Assembly (NCBI GenBank): GCA_001600695.1
Contig: BCKQ01000002.1
Coordinates: forward strand, 2,222,271-2,286,270
Direction: 5' to 3'
Source of the DNA: Ascoidea asiatica JCM 7603
Taxonomy: Eukaryota; Fungi; Ascomycota
Length of the DNA: 64,000 nt
Part shown: positions 57,997 through 64,000 of the stretch, piece by piece
How the letters are laid out: each line of letters begins with the position of its first letter
Numbering within the stretch: position 1 is the first letter of the stretch
The notes under the pieces: generated by a model
What the model saw: the letters and a program-made list of their open reading frames with translations, nothing else
Told to the model about the DNA's origin: nothing
Databases searched by the model: none
Made by a program: the position numbers and the translations under genes

Positions 57997-58616
57997 TTTA
58001 AAAGGTTATTGTGAATTTAATTTAAGTCAATTAATGATAATCATCTTCTTCATTAAAAAAAAGAATTTTTAGCTTTTGAACATTGCAAATTTATTCAATT
58101 TCCAATTTTTCAAACTTTTTTAACATTTGAGAATAAAAGCCCACGGGACCGATAAACCAATTGAAATTTCAAATTTACTAATAAAAACTACAATATTATA
58201 TTGTAATAAGGTAACTACAGTAAAGGTTATAATTAAATGATTCATTAAACTTGATAAAATTACAAAAAAAAATATAAAAAAAAAAGAAGCAATAAACAAA
58301 TCAGCTTAAATATCAAAAAAAAAACTAGTTAAAAGTAAAATACACAAGATTAAAATCAAAGAAATATCAAAAGTTGATAGTGAAAATAAAGAATAGAAAG
58401 GATAAAAGAAAGGATAAAAGAAAGAAAAATAGAAAGAAAAAACAGAAAAAGAAATAGGAAAAGTAGCTAAAACTAGAAATTATCAAAGAGAATATTTGAA
58501 TTAAAATATACAACTGAGATAAAAAAAAAGAAAGCAACTTTAAATTAATTATCAATAATAGATTAATTAAATAGCAAACATAAGAAAAGATAAGTTAAAA
58601 AGAAAAAACATTTAAA

Positions 58617-60197
58617 CTAAACTAATAACTCTTCAGGTATGTTTTCTTGAAGCCAAGTCATACTTTTTTTATAATACTTACCAGTTTTATCATTTAAGAA
58701 AGTTCTTGCATTTTCTAAAATTTCAACAATTCTATCAAGAGGTAAATTTTTATCTAAACCAGCATCAATTGCATGATATATATTTTTTCTTCTTTGAAAT
58801 TGTTTTGAAATTGGATGATGAGAACCACCTCTCCACATTGAACCATATTTTTTTTCTAAAGATTGAACACTTGGTTGATTATTAATACCTTGAAGATATT
58901 CTTTTAATAAATCTTCAACATTTTTAACATTTCTAATAAATTGATAAGTTGGTTTATAAATTTTTTTAAAAAGTTGATTTCTTTTTTTAGTAGTAAGATT
59001 TGCAGAATCTAGCAGAATTACTTCAAGATTATTTTGAGCAGATTCATCTAATGGAGAATGATCTTTTCTTGAATGCATAGTTAAATTACCATTCATAGAA
59101 GTTGAATCTGAATCATTATCATCATTATCATCATCATTATCATTATTATGGTTATTATTATTGATATTATTAAGGGTATTATTATCAGTTAAATTTGCTA
59201 ATGTATTATTAATTGAGGAATTTGCTTGCATATTAGGTTGAAATAAAAAAGATAATGCAGGATTTTGATCACTAGTTATATCTGGATTTAAATTACGAAG
59301 ATTATTGAAATTTAATTGATTATTTCTACGATTACTATTACTATTATTATTACTATTACTATTGCTGTTATTGTTATTCAAATTATTTAAAGAATTTATA
59401 TTACTCAAATTAAGATTATTTAAATTATTCATATTGCTCAAATTATTCAATAAATTATTTGAATTATTTGGATTATTTGAATTATTTGATAATTGATTAT
59501 CATTAGTTAATAAAGCTTGTAAATCACCTAGTATAGAAGTTGATTGAATTTGATTCTGATTTTGGTTTTGAAGATCTAATGGACTTTGAATATGGTTTGA
59601 GCGTTTATCTTTACGAGAGGTTGAAGATAAATTAGTTGGAAATAGTTGATTAATTATTGATTGATAATCAAAGGTAGGTATTGAAATTATTGGAGATTGA
59701 TTATTTGAATTTGAATTTGAAATTGTATTTGAAGTTGTAGATACATTTAAACTTCTTAAAGAATTAAATAATTTATTCAATTTATTGATTTGGGATTTAT
59801 AATATTTTAATTGTTGATTATGATAATTTAATTGATTATTATTATTATCAATATTAATTTTAATTAAAGATAAGATCATTAAATTATTAAATGAATTTGA
59901 TTGATTTAATTTATTTGAATGAGTATTTAAAGAATTTAAAATTAAATCTAATTTTGTATTTAAATCAATTGGAGATTGATTAATATTATCAATATTTGAA
60001 TTTTCTTTATCTGTTTGATTTAAATTATCATGAATATTATTGATATTATTCTCAGTATTATTTTTATTCGAATTATCAGCATTAATAATTGTAGATTGTG
60101 TATTATCATTTTCGGATTCTTCATCGGTTATTGAAGAAGTTGAATCATTAATCATAGTTGAATTTCCATTTGATTTTTTATTAGATTTCGACCCAGA

Positions 60198-60232
<35 letters not shown>

Positions 60233-60566
60233 TGTTACTATTGGATTTTGCCATAATAGAATTATTTATTTTATTAGTTTTGGATTTATTCTGATTGATT
60301 GAGGTTTTACTTTTGGGAGTTGAGGTAGAATTTAGATTATACATATTATTTAGGTTCTTTCTACCGCTATTATAAGCAGAATATCTTGAATTTAAAGAAG
60401 GCTGATAAATGTCGCCTGGATGATTTGAGTAATTTTGAAATTGATGAGAAGCAGAAGAAGATGTAGCTGAAACTCCAGAAATCTGTGAAGGGGTCGTTTG
60501 ATGATTTCTAATAATATTATTGTTACTATTATTGATTTGATTATTGAGACTTTTTTCAATATTCAT
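58617..60566 (-). CDS. Gcr1_C-domain transcription factor (Hot1/Msn1/Gcr1 family), Asn-rich
   Basis: C-terminal YQFIRNVKNVEDLLKEYLQGINNQPSVQSLEKKYGSMWR...FQRRKNIY. Confidence 0.88.
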
Positions 60567-61824
60567 TGTCTTTGGAAGCTATTATTTGGGGTTTCTCTTT
60601 TTTTTCAGTTAATTTTTTTTTCTCTCTCTATCTCTCTATCTCTTTGCATTGATTACTAAATTAAAAAAATACAATGGGAAATTAATTAAGTAATATTTAT
60701 GTATGAAATGCTTTATTTTTCTTTTAAGAATCTGAAATATCTAAAAGATTATTCAAGAAAAAACTAATAAGAATAAATTCTATTTCCAGATTGAGGAACG
60801 AGATCAACAAATGCTTTTCAGAATAAAAATAATTTGTGGGATATTGGGAAGAAACGAAATAAACAAATAAAAAAAAAACAGAAACCAAAAAGCAGTTTTT
60901 CAGTTTTTTTCTTTATTTGCAGGTGGCCTACAATTTATCAAATATAAAAAAAGGGGCGGGAATACCACTCACTTACGACACCGCAAAGAATGAGGAATCT
61001 GCCTTACAAATTGTTGTTTGATAGCAGGTTGAACTGTTCGCAGATCTGAAAGCCCTCAGCGCCGCTGCCTTTTAAAACAAATTTCACTGGGACGCAAGCG
61101 TGACTACGAGGATTGGGCAGTATTTGGGGGCCTGCGAGAAGGCCGGTCCAGGGAAGTGGTACCAAAAGTGCCAAGACGGTACTGACCCGAAAATGCATTT
61201 GTAGGAACCCCGGTGTTAGCAAATATTACAATAAGACCCCGATGTGTGGTTAGAATTTCCCGAGTGTGTGTTTCGGGACAGTTGGCAAATATGCACATGC
61301 AACATGGTTTATGTGGCTAGATGCTTGGTGCACTTTCTTTAGGTTTATGGTTTTTCGCATGTATGCATCAATAAGCAAGATTTTATCTTAAAATTAAGCT
61401 TAAATACTTGAGTAATTATGAGTCCAATAAAAAAAATGACTCTACTTTTAATTGTCTTTTTTCAAAGATATTTTTGATAACATAAGTAAAAAACCAAAAA
61501 GTAAAAAAAGGTTCTCCTAAATTATTACAACATATTTATTCAAAGGACATAAACATTGAAAAGAATAACATTATGACCCAAGGAAAAAAAAATTAAAAGT
61601 AGTCTAAAAAATTGAGAAATTTGACAAAAATGTATTCAGAAAAAAAGATCTAATATCACTCCAAAAAAATGTAGATTGAAAGTTTTTAAATGAATAAAAT
61701 GATATGAAACAAGAAAATAAAGCAAAACAAAATAATAAACATGAGGCCAGAAAAAAAGAAAAGAAATAGAACAAAAGAAATCTGTCATAATTCGAGAAAA
61801 AAACTTAATTTAAACTAAATTAAT

Positions 61825-62968
61825 TTAAATTAAATCCTGAGGAATATTATTTTGTAACCAATTTATACTTTTTTTATAATAAGTATTATTTGAATTATTG
61901 AAAAAAGTTCGTGAATTTTCTAAACTAGCAATAATTTCTTTTAATTCCATATTTTTTTTAAATCCATTTTCAATGGCTAAATATAAACCTTTTCTTCTAC
62001 CAAATTGTTTTGATACAGAATGTTTAGATCCACCTCTCCATTTGGAACCATATTTTTCTTCAAGAGATTTAATTGATGGATTACCATTTAAACCATGAAG
62101 ATATTCTTTAACAATTTCATCAACTGTTGTTAAATTTTTTGTAAATGTATATAAAGGTTCATGAACATTACTTTTCTTTTTTTTTATTGGCATTTCTTTA
62201 ATTTCATCATCATTTAAAAATTTCGAATCAAAAATTTTTTTTCTTTTCCCACTTTTTTTATTAGATGATGTAATTGAATCAGAACTAGGTGTACCTATTT
62301 CATTATTTTCGCTGACTTCTTTTCCTTTTTCTTCATTATCACTATCATTATCTTCATCGTCATCGTCATCTTCATTATCATTATCATTATCATTATCTTC
62401 CTCATTATCTTCACAATCATGTTCAATATTTTCAACTATATGATCTTTTTCAAATTTTTCATCATTTATAGATTTTTTTGTCTTTCGCTCTTTAATTTTT
62501 TCCTTTCTCAGTTTTTCAAAGTCAATATTTTTATCATTATCATTAATATTATCATTAGTATTATCATTAGTATTATCATTAGTATTAATAATTTCACCAT
62601 TTATGATTTGTTGATTATTATCATTTTTTCCAATAATTTGATTACCATTATCATCAAGATAAATAATATTTACAGGTTTTACTCTATTATCTTTTCTTTT
62701 AATCATTGGAGGTAAATCATTAAATTGTTGTTTTAAATTATTTCTAAAATTATCATTTTCATCTTTAATTTTATTTTTTCTATATTCATAAACAGAATCT
62801 GGAAAATGTTTATTAACATTAAAATAAACACTTTTTTTACAACTTGCTAATTTATAAAAAGGTGTAATTAATTCAGATTTAATTTGAATATCTTTTGGAA
62901 TATTAGATTTTGGATCAATTAATAAATGTCCAATTCTTACAGAATTATCATTTTTATTATTCTTATTA

Positions 62969-63009
<41 letters not shown>

Positions 63010-64000
63010 TGATTGATTATGATTATGATTATTCATAATATTATTAATTTGATTTAATTTATTTGATAAATCTTGATTATTATTAAAATTTGGATTACCA
63101 ATATTAGCTGCAGCAGGATCAATTCTATAATTTATTTCATTAATTTCATTAATTTCAGGATTAATATTAGTAGTTTCATTATTATTATTATCATTTGATA
63201 AGAAATTTTCTTGAGTTAAAATTTGGTCAAATAATTGATTATAATGATTAAATTTATTATAATTATTATTAATTTGATTTTGAATATCAAATAATTCATT
63301 TTTAATTAAATTTTTATATAAATTTATATTATTTTTTAATAAAATTTGATTATTTTTTAAAATTTCATTATAATTTATATTATTATTATTACTATTATCT
63401 GTTGTATTATTATCAGTGGTATTAGTATTAGTATTAGTATTAGTTTCATTATTTTTGGTGGTATTATTGGTGGTATTAATATTTTTAATTAAATTTTTTT
63501 CAAAAGATAATTGATTTTTTTTTAAAATTTTAATTTCATTAATTGTTGATTCATTATTTTTATTTAAATTTAATAATTTATTATTTAAATCATTATTATT
63601 TATAATTAATTTAGATTGTTGATTTTTAACATTATTTAAAAGATTTAAAATTAAACTTAAATTTTCATTTTGTTTTGATTCATTATTTGAAATTAAATTT
63701 ATTAAATTATTTATATTTAAATTTTCTTCTTCATTTGATTTATTATTTAATTTTACATTTGATTTTATATTTAAAATTGATTGAGTTTGAGATTTTTGTG
63801 TGGATGTGGATGTGGAAGTGGATGTTGGATTTGGATTTGGATTTGGATTTGGATTTGGATTAGTATTAATATTAGTATTAGTATTAATATTTGAATAAGG
63901 TAAAGAAGAAGAAGTATTTGCTAAAGTATTTAAGGCGCTTAAAGAGTTTATTGGAGGTAAAGAATTAGAATTATAATGATTAACATTTTGATTAATATTT
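61825..64000 (-). CDS. Second Gcr1_C-domain transcription factor, 5'-truncated by the window edge
   Basis: YTFTKNLTTVDEIVKEYLHGLNGNPSIKSLEEKYGSKWR...FGRRKGLY. The frame appears open upstream of the track's Met (63036) to 63999 (NINQNVNHYNSNSLPPINSL...). Confidence 0.88.

Noticed and set aside
676-61298. Short ORFs within GC-richer islands (676-891, 9055-9311, 11493-11969, 22452-22634, 25288-25620, 33557-33838, 39122-39826, 42174-42362, 61004-61298)
   Set aside because: Stop codons are simply rarer in these promoter-like islands; codon usage is unlike real genes and no motifs are recognisable.
61040-61300. RNase MRP/P RNA suggested by GAAAGCCCT
   Set aside because: No complementary 3' P4 strand or other conserved regions found.
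242-63863. Most short ORFs in the track (e.g. 242-433, 13375-13686, 20013-20213, 30662-30925, 31437-31688, 35136-35414, 49976-50311, 60040-60294, 62419-62715, 63675-63863)
   Set aside because: Antisense or off-frame shadows of real genes and of (AAT)n codon runs, giving poly-I/L products; many start at TTG/CTG.

Overview
Very AT-rich eukaryotic DNA from a budding yeast (Saccharomycotina). It has few introns, many Asn-rich low-complexity proteins, and GC-richer islands upstream of most genes. Gene order: UBA2 (partial, not in the ORF track), a 55-aa Cys/His microprotein (not in the track), a small membrane protein, a catalytically dead RNase III/Dicer-like protein with two dsRBDs, an Hsp30/Yro2-type opsin-related protein, then a fructosyl-amine/pipecolate oxidase, an OPT transporter and an intracellular GH5. 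These are followed by an Asn-rich orphan, a ~7 kb ORF-free gap, YPS7, an AFT-domain factor, a Myb/SANT-like factor, TPK2, RPB9 (one intron), a 1137-aa Asn-rich orphan, MNP1, the SRP RNA gene, COG7, UBC11, VMA4, FMP25 and two tandem Gcr1_C-domain factors. Best leads: (1) a tRNA-like element with its own B-box directly abutting the SRP RNA 5' end; (2) the pseudo-RNase III with two orphan neighbours; (3) the oxidase/OPT/GH5 trio and its promoter motifs; (4) a structured element right after the AFT stop codon. All homology calls come from recalled motifs; no searches were run.
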